Source of the DNA: an uncultured virus (IMG/VR IMGVR_UViG_3300005336_000020)
Taxonomy: Duplodnaviria; Heunggongvirae; Uroviricota; Caudoviricetes
Direction: 5' to 3' (one strand)
IMG/VR virus record: IMGVR_UViG_3300005336_000020
Length of the DNA: 20,000 bases
This document shows positions 1-6,769 of this stretch, piece by piece (the stretch's first letter is position 1; every line of letters starts with the position of its first letter). The notes beneath the pieces are model-generated. The model made no database searches. It was not told the origin of the DNA and saw only the letters and a program-made list of their open reading frames with translations. The position numbers and the translations under genes are program-made.

Positions 1-161
1 CCGGTCCAGGCCGAGTTCTCCTGGCGGGGCCGGTCGCCGTAGCGCACGGAGGCTGCGGGCATGGGGAAGGCCGCCGTCGGCCGGTCGACCCAGTTGGTGA
101 CGGTCGACTTGCTGACGCCGAGGTGCTTCCCCACGTAGGTGGTGTCGTAGAAGGTCTGCAC
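1..161 (-). CDS. Small HTH DNA-binding protein (excisionase/AlpA-like), runs off the window start
   Basis: Not in the ORF track. GTG at 161 follows an RBS (GAAAGGGG). Translates MQTFYDTTYVGKHLGVSKSTVTNWVDRPTAAFPMP..., where LGVSKSTVTNW...FP is an HTH recognition-helix pattern. Confidence 0.7.
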   Translation of the reverse strand, partial: MQTFYDTTYVGKHLGVSKSTVTNWVDRPTAAFPMPAASVRYGDRPRQENSAWT

Positions 162-214
162 GTGCTTCCCCTTTCGGCCTAGGCCAGCTTAGCACAGGCG
201 TGGGCCGCTTGACC

Positions 215-613
215 TCAACCTCGTTGGGATTCCTCGGTGTTGAGCAGGCTGCGATCGAGCAGTTCGGCCACCTGGCGCAGCGTTTCGGTGGAGTACCGGT
301 CCAGGCCGTCCTTCCCGTGGCCGACGATCCGGGCTTCGATCCCCAGATCGCGCAGGCGGGACTTCACGCTCGCCCGGATCTGCTCGTTGGCCACCTCGGT
401 CAGCGTCTTGAAGTACTGGTGGTAGGCGCCTTGCTGGGCAGACCGGTCCTCCTTGCTGAAGGGGACCGGCTTGAAACCGTAAGCCGACTCGATGAAGATC
501 CGCTTCGTGCCGATGCTCGTGATGGCCAGCTCGCGCTGACTGTTGCCGTCGAACACGACAACCTTGCTTCCGACCGTCAGAACCTCTCCGCCGGTCTCGA
601 ACGAATTCGCCAT
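215..613 (-). CDS. Hypothetical phage protein (132 aa)
   Basis: ORF with upstream RBS (GAGGAAAGG/AGGAG), natural amino-acid composition, and orientation matching neighbours. Confidence 0.75.
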   Translation of the reverse strand: MANSFETGGEVLTVGSKVVVFDGNSQRELAITSIGTKRIFIESAYGFKPVPFSKEDRSAQQGAYHQYFKTLTEVANEQIRASVKSRLRDLGIEARIVGHGKDGLDRYSTETLRQVAELLDRSLLNTEESQRG

Positions 614-625
614 TCGTCTCTCCTG

Positions 626-663
626 CCTTTCCTCAACTTATCCAATCTTAGCGGAAGTTGAGG
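626..663 (-). promoter_or_regulatory. Promoter/operator: -10 TAAGAT flanked by inverted repeat CCTCAACTT/AAGTTGAGG
   Basis: IR arms at 631-639 and 655-663. The same architecture recurs at 8114-8150. Confidence 0.6.
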
Positions 664-669
664 GGCATG

Positions 670-706
670 GAAACACGAAGGCCCCCTCCGGCCGGGAGGG
701 GGCCTT
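670..706 (-). terminator. Intrinsic terminator after the Ro60 gene
   Basis: 12-bp perfect stem AAGGCCCCCTCC (678-689) / GGAGGGGGCCTT (695-706), followed by GTGTTT on the minus strand, 10 nt past the stop. Confidence 0.75.
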
Positions 707-716
707 GTGCCCTACG

Positions 717-2408
717 TCACTGCATCCACGGCCACGGCGCGTTCTTGCCCTGCTCCAGGAGCTGGATCAGACCGAAGCTCGCATCCGACAGACCGCCGAA
801 GCAGTGCCGGTTCGTGCCGCCGGTCTCCAGGATGGAACCGGCGTAGCCCGCCATGTTCCACAGGTAGACCGGGACGCTCTTCGGGATCAGGTCGTCGATC
901 CGCGTCTCCGGCATGCCGTACGTGCGCCCGCCCATGTTCGACGGGAGCCAGCCCGGCCGCGACTGCTCGTCCGTGACGATCACGACGCGGTTGAACTCGC
1001 TCGTGAAGTTGTCCTTCACGGCACGCGGGATGTCGGTCCCGTTGATCGACGGGCCGAAGCTCTCGACGATCTTCAGGACGCTCGCCCCGCGCGGCACGTC
1101 GACCGGGCGCGAACCGGCGCCGCCACCCCGGCTGTTGTAACCGCTGTACGCCTGGTCGCCGCCGAACTCGACGAGCTTGGCGTCCTGCGCCTTCACGGCC
1201 AGCGCCGCACCGAAGAGCGCCGCCTGGTCGGCCAGCGTGATGTCGCTCTTGTTCGGCGTCGAACCCCACATGCCCGGGAACATCGACGGGCTGCGGTCCA
1301 CGAGGATCAGGGTCTTCCCCCGCAGGGTCGGAACCAGCTCCAGGGAGCCCGCCAGGCCCCGCTCCAGGGCGTTGCCCCAGCGCAGCGACGACAGGGCGCG
1401 GTAGGCCGACAGGAAGCGGTACGGGAAGAGCCGGGCCTTCCGCACCCGCTCGCCGTCCGAGAGCACCTTGGCCACGATGTCGGCCGAGGCGTCGGAGATA
1501 CCCTCCTCGTCGAAGTTGCGCAGGTTCTTGATCAGCGCACCCGGCGCCATGGTCGGGATCATCGCCTCCCACAGCAGCTTCTTCTCGACCTTGCCACCCA
1601 GCTCGGACAGGACGTCCTCCCAGGTGAGACCGGCATCCTTGAGCACCTGCGGCGCGATGAGACCCGAGCCGTAGATGTACTCCGCCGACGCCTTCTTCGG
1701 GACGCTGGCCGCCGCCTGCCGCCACTCGCGCTGGTTGCGCGTCATCGACAGGCTCGGCGTGATCGCGCCGCCGTGGCCGTGGCGCCGGTCGAGGATCAGC
1801 CGGAACAGGTCCGACTGCCACTGGGCGCTCGGCACCGGGTGGACGATGTCGATCACGTCGGCGAAGCGGTACGCCCGGCGGGCCGAGTCGTACTTGGCGT
1901 ACGAGTACTCCGTGTACAGACGCGTCACCGCGCGCTTCAGGCCGCGCTTGACCGCCTGGTAGCGCTTCGGCCACGCCTTGCCCGCGATCGAGAACCAGTA
2001 CGCGATGAACTCGCCCGGCTCGTCGGCCCGCTGGAGCACGCCGTCGACCATGTCCTCGACACCGTCGTAGCGGTGCTGGTCGCAGAGCGTCTTCGCCGCC
2101 TCGGCCGCCGCGAGCAGCGACGTGGTGCGCATGTAGCCGTCGGTGCGCAGCCACGGAAGCATGTGCGTGACGTGCCACTGCTCCAGCAGGGCGGTGGCGT
2201 GCAGGAGGTCGACGTAGCGCTCGTTGCGGTCGTGAGCGCGCTCGTAGAACGTGTCCTTGGTGACGAGGTTGGACACCGAGACCAGGTAGAGGTCCGACAG
2301 CGGGCTGCGGGTGAAGCCGCTTGCGCCCTCGAACGTCTTGGTCGTGCCCTCTGTCGTCACCTTCGAGGTGACGCGCGGCTTCGTCGTCGGCTTGTTGAAC
2401 GTTGCCAT
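717..2408 (-). CDS. rsr: Ro60/Rsr-family RNA-binding protein (TROVE domain + C-terminal vWA), 563 aa
   Basis: N-terminal TFEGASGF...FYE, RADEPGE, ALIKNLRNF, RLFPYRFLSAY; vWA MIDAS motifs LVDRSPSM, GTD, IVTDEQ; YLWNMAGY. True start is probably ATG 2408 (MATFNK) after a purine-rich RBS. The ORF-track start at 2573 lies inside an ncRNA. Confidence 0.92.
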   Translation of the reverse strand: MATFNKPTTKPRVTSKVTTEGTTKTFEGASGFTRSPLSDLYLVSVSNLVTKDTFYERAHDRNERYVDLLHATALLEQWHVTHMLPWLRTDGYMRTTSLLAAAEAAKTLCDQHRYDGVEDMVDGVLQRADEPGEFIAYWFSIAGKAWPKRYQAVKRGLKRAVTRLYTEYSYAKYDSARRAYRFADVIDIVHPVPSAQWQSDLFRLILDRRHGHGGAITPSLSMTRNQREWRQAAASVPKKASAEYIYGSGLIAPQVLKDAGLTWEDVLSELGGKVEKKLLWEAMIPTMAPGALIKNLRNFDEEGISDASADIVAKVLSDGERVRKARLFPYRFLSAYRALSSLRWGNALERGLAGSLELVPTLRGKTLILVDRSPSMFPGMWGSTPNKSDITLADQAALFGAALAVKAQDAKLVEFGGDQAYSGYNSRGGGAGSRPVDVPRGASVLKIVESFGPSINGTDIPRAVKDNFTSEFNRVVIVTDEQSRPGWLPSNMGGRTYGMPETRIDDLIPKSVPVYLWNMAGYAGSILETGGTNRHCFGGLSDASFGLIQLLEQGKNAPWPWMQ

Positions 2409-2429
2409 GACCCTTCTTCCCTTTCCCTG

Positions 2430-2468
2430 AAAATGCGAAAACCCCCTGTCCCGGGTGGGAGCAGGGGG
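2430..2468 (-). terminator. Intrinsic terminator between the Y RNA array and the Ro60 ORF
   Basis: Minus strand CCCCCTGCTCCC-ACCC-GGGACAGGGGG followed by TTTTCGCATTTT. Confidence 0.75.
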
Positions 2469-2482
2469 CGCATCTCGATGTA

Positions 2483-2660
2483 TGTGTGGGGTGCCCGGCC
2501 AACAGATAGGCCCCGGTGGTTCTTTCGAACCTTCCTCGACCAACGCTCTGCCAATTGAGCTATCCACGAGCACGCTCGCAGATCAGGACTCGAACCTGAA
2601 ACATTTGGTTCCACTGTGAAGTAACCGTTGCCAAGACGCTCCGGGCACCTCACCCACACA
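2483..2660 (-). ncRNA. yrlA: Y RNA, YrlA-like, with complete permuted tRNA-like domain (copy C)
   Basis: 5' and 3' ends pair (UGUGUGGG..GGUGCCCGG / CCGGGCACC..CCACACA). Internal order is T arm UCAGG-UUCGAGU-CCUGA (2583-2599), closed acceptor-like hairpin (2563-2582), then D arm UAGCUCAAUUGGCAGAGC (2545-2562). T-before-D order next to a Ro60 gene is the YrlA hallmark. Confidence 0.85.
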
Positions 2661-2665
2661 CCGAG

Positions 2666-2831
2666 TAACAGAAGATCCAGAGGAGTCACCGGCCAACAAT
2701 GCGAGCCCCGGTGTCTGCCAGTTATGCCATGCGTCGGCAGCGACGGGATTCGAACCCGCCCTCAGTTTCTTTTTCCAGAAGAAGTAACCGTTGCTCAAAA
2801 CGCTCCGGTAACCCTTCTGGATCTTCCGTTA
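2666..2831 (-). ncRNA. Y RNA-like element with T arm and degenerate D/acceptor region (copy B)
   Basis: Long terminal stem GAAGAUCCAGA/UCUGGAUCUUC. Same conserved core CCGGAGCG..ACGGUUACUUC..CACCGGG..UGUUGGCCGG as copy C. T arm GCGGG-UUCGAAU-CCCGU at 2743-2759. Confidence 0.75.
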
Positions 2832-2911
2832 TGCGCCCCGGCCAACAAGATGGCGCCCGGTGTGTTCTCCGCATGATGAAGTAACCGTTCGCACTAACGC
2901 TCCGGGGTGCA
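2832..2911 (-). ncRNA. Minimal Y RNA-like element lacking the tRNA-like domain (copy A)
   Basis: Terminal stem UGCACCCCGG/CCGGGGCGCA and the same conserved core motifs, with only about 15 nt between UUACUUC and CACCG. Begins at the predicted TSS. Confidence 0.7.
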
Positions 2912-2917
2912 GATAAA

Positions 2918-2947
2918 ACATTACGGGATCCTGCGAGGGGATCGCAA
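2918..2947 (-). promoter_or_regulatory. Sigma70/HrdB-type promoter for the Y RNA array
   Basis: -35 TTGCGA (2942-2947), 18-nt spacer, -10 TAATGT (2918-2923). Predicted start near 2911 coincides with the 5' end of copy A. Confidence 0.7.
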
Positions 2948-2952
2948 GTCTT

Positions 2953-3444
2953 TTAGTACTCCTGCGGGGCGAGGATCCACGAGGCCCGCTCCTGCGTGGG
3001 CTCCATCCACAGGGCCCGCAGCGCATGGTGCAGGTAGCCGTCGTCCGGGAAGTCCACCCCGGGGATGTGGAGGTTGGGGTTCCACTCGAAGTTCGGCGTG
3101 ATGCAGACCGGGGACCAGTCGTCGGCCCGGTACACCGAGCCCGTCAGCGCGAGGCCGTAGAACTGCGTGTTGGAGTGGCCGAACGTGATGATCTCCATCG
3201 AGCACCGCTCCTTCATCAGGGCCTCGGCGTTCTCGCGGGTGATCTCCTCCTCGGGCACCTCGTCGGCCAGCAGGACAGCTCGGCGCATGTGGTACTCGTA
3301 CCCCTCGCCATCCTCGTCGGCCTCCATGTCGGCCTCGGCTTCCGTGAGCCAGTCCGGCTCGAACTCGTCGGCGTTCTTGATGGCCCAGTCGCCGTCGCTC
3401 GGCACTCCCAGGCTGTACCCGTAGAACAGAACCGCCATCGACAT
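2953..3444 (-). CDS. Hypothetical acidic protein (163 aa)
   Basis: AGGAG RBS before ATG 3444, strong GC3 bias, D/E-rich sequence. Confidence 0.8.
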   Translation of the reverse strand: MSMAVLFYGYSLGVPSDGDWAIKNADEFEPDWLTEAEADMEADEDGEGYEYHMRRAVLLADEVPEEEITRENAEALMKERCSMEIITFGHSNTQFYGLALTGSVYRADDWSPVCITPNFEWNPNLHIPGVDFPDDGYLHHALRALWMEPTQERASWILAPQEY

Positions 3445-3467
3445 GTCGACTTATCTCCTGTACGACA

Positions 3468-3491
3468 GAGGGGGCCCGGCTGGGCCCCCTC
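3468..3491. terminator. Intergenic stem-loop
   Basis: 10-bp perfect stem GAGGGGGCCC/GGGCCCCCTC with a 4-nt loop and no clear U tract. Confidence 0.5.
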
Positions 3492-3504
3492 GGGAACGTG
3501 CTGG

Positions 3505-3693
3505 TCAGGCGCTGATGTCCTCGCCGTTCTGCGACTTCTGCTCGGCCTGGCGCGACTGCACGGCCATCTCGCTCACCGTGCCCCCGTACTGGCCGGAGAT
3601 CGTGCGGTACGCCTCGGCGGTGTGCCGCACATCGTCGGTGTCCAGGCTGGGGTGTGCCGCCTGGACGATCCTCTCGCTGGGTCGCTGTGCCAC
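3505..3693 (-). CDS. Small hypothetical protein (62 aa, MAQRPSERIV...)
   Basis: 3' part of ORF 3505..4008. GTG at 3693 follows an RBS (GAAGGGAG) immediately after the vWA stop. Confidence 0.65.
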   Translation of the reverse strand: MAQRPSERIVQAAHPSLDTDDVRHTAEAYRTISGQYGGTVSEMAVQSRQAEQKSQNGEDISA

Positions 3694-3707
3694 TTCGCGT
3701 TCTCCCT

Positions 3708-4454
3708 TCAGACGCGGACGATGCCCTGCTGGCGGGCCTGCGCCAGCCAGGTGGGGAACTCGGTCATGAGCCGGTTGTACAGGGTGCTGTCGGTCATCGT
3801 GGTGGGATCGGTGCCCACCGCGAAGAAGTCCGAGTTGTCGATCGGCCGGTACTGCGGGACCGGGATGTCGTCGAGGCGCTGGAGGAAGCCCAGGCCGTCC
3901 TCGTCGTCGTAGTCGTACGGGCGGTCCTCGCCGAAGCCCACGAACTGCCAGAAGATCGGCAGCGTGGCGTACTGGCAGATCCGCTGGGCGGCGGCCTTCT
4001 TGTCCCACGGCGATCCGTCGGTCTGGAAGATGACGTAGGCGGGGACGCTCTTGCCGCTGGACTGGTAGTGCCGCACCACGGCGTCCATGGCGACGGTGTA
4101 GTCCGTGCCGCCCATCTGACCGAGCTTGGCGTGCGCCTTGGCGATCTTGCCCTGGTGCTGCCCGAGCACCAGCTCGTCCATGCCCTTCAGGGTGTGGTCG
4201 AAGAACACGACCGGCACACGGCCGTCGTCCTCGAAGTGGGCCGCCATGCCCAGAATCCGCTCGGCGAAGTACTGGACGTGGCCGTGGCGGTAGTGACCGC
4301 GATGCGGGAAGTCCATCGAACCGGAACGGTCGAGCACCAGGTAGACGGCCGCCCGCTCGCCCTCCAGCCCGTGCTTGTTCGCCGCGAACCCGGCCTTCTG
4401 GTACGGCCTCTCCAGGTCGGGAGCGATGTCCCGGATTTTCTCTACGGTGATCAT
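3708..4454 (-). CDS. vWA domain protein, TerF-C-terminus-like (toxic cation/tellurium resistance-type)
   Basis: MIDAS motifs VYLVLDRSGSM, MGGTDY, VIFQTDG, plus LPIFWQFVGFG, FLQRLDD, R.IDN.DFF and LMTEFPTWL, typical of the vWA-TerF-like family. Confidence 0.85.
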   Translation of the reverse strand: MITVEKIRDIAPDLERPYQKAGFAANKHGLEGERAAVYLVLDRSGSMDFPHRGHYRHGHVQYFAERILGMAAHFEDDGRVPVVFFDHTLKGMDELVLGQHQGKIAKAHAKLGQMGGTDYTVAMDAVVRHYQSSGKSVPAYVIFQTDGSPWDKKAAAQRICQYATLPIFWQFVGFGEDRPYDYDDEDGLGFLQRLDDIPVPQYRPIDNSDFFAVGTDPTTMTDSTLYNRLMTEFPTWLAQARQQGIVRV

Positions 4455-4480
4455 TCTGTCTCTTCAGACCTTTCCGAGGG

Positions 4481-4669
4481 TCAGCGCTTCTTGACGGGTC
4501 GGGCCCACTGCTCCGGCGGAACGCCGCTCATCCTGGCCTGCGGGCGCTCGGGAACCTCCGTGCGCGCGAGCTGACTGGAGCCGTAGCTGCCGATGGAGTG
4601 GGCCTGCGTTGCACTGGGGCCCGAGTCCACCTGCTCCGATGCGGCATCCAGGGCGTCGGCGTCAGACAT
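4481..4669 (-). CDS. Small hypothetical protein (62 aa, MSDADALDAA...)
   Basis: ATG 4669 follows AGGAAGG; 3' part of ORF 4481..4792. Confidence 0.55.
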   Translation of the reverse strand: MSDADALDAASEQVDSGPSATQAHSIGSYGSSQLARTEVPERPQARMSGVPPEQWARPVKKR

Positions 4670-4799
4670 ATGCACCTTCCTGCCAGGCGAGCAGAACCTG
4701 CTGCTCGCGGTACTCGTCCAGTTCCTCTCGCGAGAGGAATGTGATTCCGTCCTCGCGGATGACGACCGGCGCCTCCGCCTTCTTCTCCTCACCGTTCAC
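4662..4799 (-). CDS. Possible 45-aa protein (MNGEEKKAEAPVVIREDGITFLSREELDEYREQQVLLAWQEGAYV)
   Basis: Plausible codon usage and an 8-nt ATGTCTGA overlap with the next gene. No RBS, as it starts 2 nt after a tRNA-like element. Confidence 0.4.
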   Translation of the reverse strand: MNGEEKKAEAPVVIREDGITFLSREELDEYREQQVLLAWQEGAYV

Positions 4800-4800
4800 G

Positions 4801-4919
4801 TGTGCACGACGGGATTCGAACCCGTGGGCTATCCAGAGATTCCCAGCTCCAGCCAGCCGCCTGCCTCCACCCCTGGGAGGGATTCAGCAAGCCCCTTTAG
4901 GCCGCTCAGGCACATGCAC
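4801..4919 (-). ncRNA. tRNA-like RNA (Ser/Leu-type D arm) with anticodon/variable region replaced by a long insert
   Basis: Acceptor GUGCAUG/CGUGCAC+A, D arm CCUGAGCGGCCUAAAGG, T arm ACGGG-UUCGAAU-CCCGU. About 68 nt lie between the D and T arms with no canonical anticodon arm in register. Total 119 nt. Confidence 0.7.
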
Positions 4920-5003
4920 CGCCGGACCCGTTAGTCCGGCCCAGGTTCCGCTTTCAGGAGTTCTACGCGGAACCGTCCGATTCATCTTCCACTCCAACCG
5001 GAG

Positions 5004-5088
5004 AGCCCATGACGGGATTTGAACCCGCGTCTCCATCCGCTGGCATGATCCAGTAGGACGATGTGCTTGGCCGCTACACCACATGGGC
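5004..5088 (-). ncRNA. tRNA-like RNA with a 19-nt anticodon loop (extended anticodon arm)
   Basis: Acceptor GCCCAUG/CAUGGGC, D arm GUGU-AGCGGCCAA-GCAC, anticodon stem UCGUC/GAUGG enclosing CUACUGGAUCAUGCCAGCG, variable AGAC, T arm GCGGG-UUCAAAU-CCCGU. Confidence 0.75.
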
Positions 5089-5242
5089 GCTCGGTGTCCT
5101 GCCGATCACCGAGCGGGCGGATTCCGTGGCGCCGGGTGCCACCCGGCGGTGCCTCCTCCACGAAACCCTCTTTGGCGTGCACCCCGCCGCCGACTTTCTC
5201 AGCCGAAAGCGGGGGTAAAGCGGACCTGTAATTCAGGTCCAG

Positions 5243-5316
5243 TTGGCAGGGAGAGATTTGAACTCTCGACCTCGGGATTATCAGTCCCGTGCTCTAACCA
5301 TCTGAGCTACCTGCCA
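5243..5316 (-). tRNA. tRNA-Ile (GAT)
   Basis: Perfect cloverleaf TGGCAGG TA GCTC AGATGGTTA GAGC A CGGGA CT GAT AA TCCCG AGGTC GAGAG TTCAAAT CTCTC CCTGCCA A. CCA is not encoded. Confidence 0.95.
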
Positions 5317-5427
5317 GTGATCCATCCGGAAGCGTGTCGGACCGCCTCCGGTGGATCGGTGCGCCGAGCCGGGCCGTAACCGGCTCGGAGCGTTTCGCCC
5401 GGGTGTCGGATTCCCGAACTAAGTGAA

Positions 5428-5457
5428 ACTCTACCGGGTGTTGCTGGCCTAGGTCAA
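5428..5457 (-). promoter_or_regulatory. Sigma70/HrdB-type promoter for the tRNA/ncRNA operon
   Basis: -35 TTGACC (5452-5457), 18-nt spacer, -10 TAGAGT (5428-5433). Confidence 0.75.
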
Positions 5458-5467
5458 CCGATCCGGG

Positions 5468-6769
5468 TCAGACCGCGAGCCGGAAGTTCTCCCCGTCCGC
5501 AACGATCAGGCCCTCGCGGGTGAACGACCGCAGGAAACGACTGGCCTGCGTCGCCCCGCAGCCCGTGTGGGTCGCCAGGAGAGCCGGGGTCCAGACGGCC
5601 TGCGGCTGGCTCCGCAGCACCCGCAGCGCGACATCCCGGGGGTACTTGCCACGGCCGTGGTCCGGGTGCGCCAGAAGGGCCACCATCTCGTCCGTGACGG
5701 TCCAGGTGCGCACGAGGTTGGGGCCGTGCACGTTGAGGTAGCCGTGCCCACGGAAGCGGGGGCCGCGCGGAAGGAAGTGCGGTTCCACTCCGGCGCCCGG
5801 ACCGAGCACGGTGTCGGTGTTCTGCGGGGTGTTGACGCGAAGGCAGAACGAGAAGTCGAAGTTCGTGCGGATGCCCGAGGTGATGCCCCGGTCGTCGCCC
5901 GAGCGGAGCGGGTTCTGGGTCATCCACATGATGATGATCTCGCGCGAGCGGCCCTGGCTGGACAGCTCGGTGAGCTTCTGCATCACGGACTTGTCGGGGC
6001 CTTCGAGGAAGGCGTACTCCTCGTCGCCCTTCGGCGCCTTGCCGCGCCGCTTGTCCTCGTCGATCACGGCCTGAAGGACGGAGTAGCCCTCGTCGATCGG
6101 AATGAGCCTGCGCGGGCCGAGCTTCAGATCCCACTTGGAGATCCCGAGCTTGGCCATCTGGGCGGCCCGGTCCTCCATTCGGGCGTGCTCGCGCTCGATC
6201 ATCTCGATGATCTCTTCATGGGTCACGGCGCAGGTGCAGATGCCGCGCCAGACCGTGGCCTCCTCACCCTTGCCGTCGATGAAGCCGCCCAGTTCCTCGT
6301 CGGGGTGGACGACCGCGCGGGCCATGAGGGCGCGCGTGGACCAGCTCTTCCCGGAGCCGGAGGCGCCGCCGACCAGCAGGCGTTCGTTGCGCGGGACGTC
6401 GACCTCTTCACCCGTGACCGTGTCGAGTCCGAGCGTGGTGATGTCGGGGTGCCAGAACATGTCCAGCTCGTCGGTGATGTACCGGGTACGAACCGCGAAC
6501 AGCACGCGGGAGGACCGGCCGCCGGGGGACAGGTCGCTCAGGTGCTCGTCGAGCACGTCGAGCATGGCGCGTATGGCCTGGTGCTTGACACGCAGCTCCT
6601 TGAGCATGTCGCGCCCGTCGAGCTTGAGCACGGCGACAACGCCGGACTCGGTCAGCTTCGCGGAGTCCAGGTTCACGCCGCGCAGGCCGCGCGCCTTCGC
6701 CTGCGGGTTCCAGTACTCAGGCGTGAGCAGGTCCAGCAGGCGCAGTTCCTCTTCAGTCGCTACCAGCAC
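5468..6769 (-). CDS. FtsK/SpoIIIE-family ATPase, similar to Streptomyces TraB conjugal DNA translocases
   Basis: Walker A LLVGGASGSGKS, IDGKG, Walker B LIPIDEG, arginine-finger QGRSREI..MTQNP, RTNF, GHGYL; C-terminal wHTH-like segment. Confidence 0.85.
   Translation of the reverse strand: MLVATEEELRLLDLLTPEYWNPQAKARGLRGVNLDSAKLTESGVVAVLKLDGRDMLKELRVKHQAIRAMLDVLDEHLSDLSPGGRSSRVLFAVRTRYITDELDMFWHPDITTLGLDTVTGEEVDVPRNERLLVGGASGSGKSWSTRALMARAVVHPDEELGGFIDGKGEEATVWRGICTCAVTHEEIIEMIEREHARMEDRAAQMAKLGISKWDLKLGPRRLIPIDEGYSVLQAVIDEDKRRGKAPKGDEEYAFLEGPDKSVMQKLTELSSQGRSREIIIMWMTQNPLRSGDDRGITSGIRTNFDFSFCLRVNTPQNTDTVLGPGAGVEPHFLPRGPRFRGHGYLNVHGPNLVRTWTVTDEMVALLAHPDHGRGKYPRDVALRVLRSQPQAVWTPALLATHTGCGATQASRFLRSFTREGLIVADGENFRLAV

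Noticed and set aside
543..2558. Long ORFs 543..2558 (+) and 712..2502 (-)
   Set aside because: Shadow frames of the GC3-biased Ro60 gene, Arg/Pro/Ala-rich with no motifs.
2409..2573. 55-aa N-terminal extension of Ro60 in the ORF track
   Set aside because: It overlaps a Y RNA and a terminator; ATG 2408 has an RBS and matches typical family N-termini.
2545..2599. A canonical tRNA gene
   Set aside because: The T arm precedes the D arm and there is no anticodon arm, so it is a permuted YrlA-type domain.
2483..2911. Three repeats with variable inserts as a CRISPR array
   Set aside because: Units are bipartite with paired ends and very unequal inserts containing tRNA arms, and there are no cas genes. 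A Y RNA array explains them better.
2741..4824. 18-bp direct repeat CGACGGGATTCGAACCCG (2741-2758 and 4807-4824) as att sites
   Set aside because: Both are T arms, with a near-identical third at 5011-5027. T-arm constraint or shared ancestry suffices, and no integrase is seen.
4801..4919. tmRNA or tRNA-Sec
   Set aside because: It has a D stem, lacks the G3-U70 alanine identity, is too short for a tag ORF with pseudoknots, and has no UCA anticodon or extended acceptor stem.
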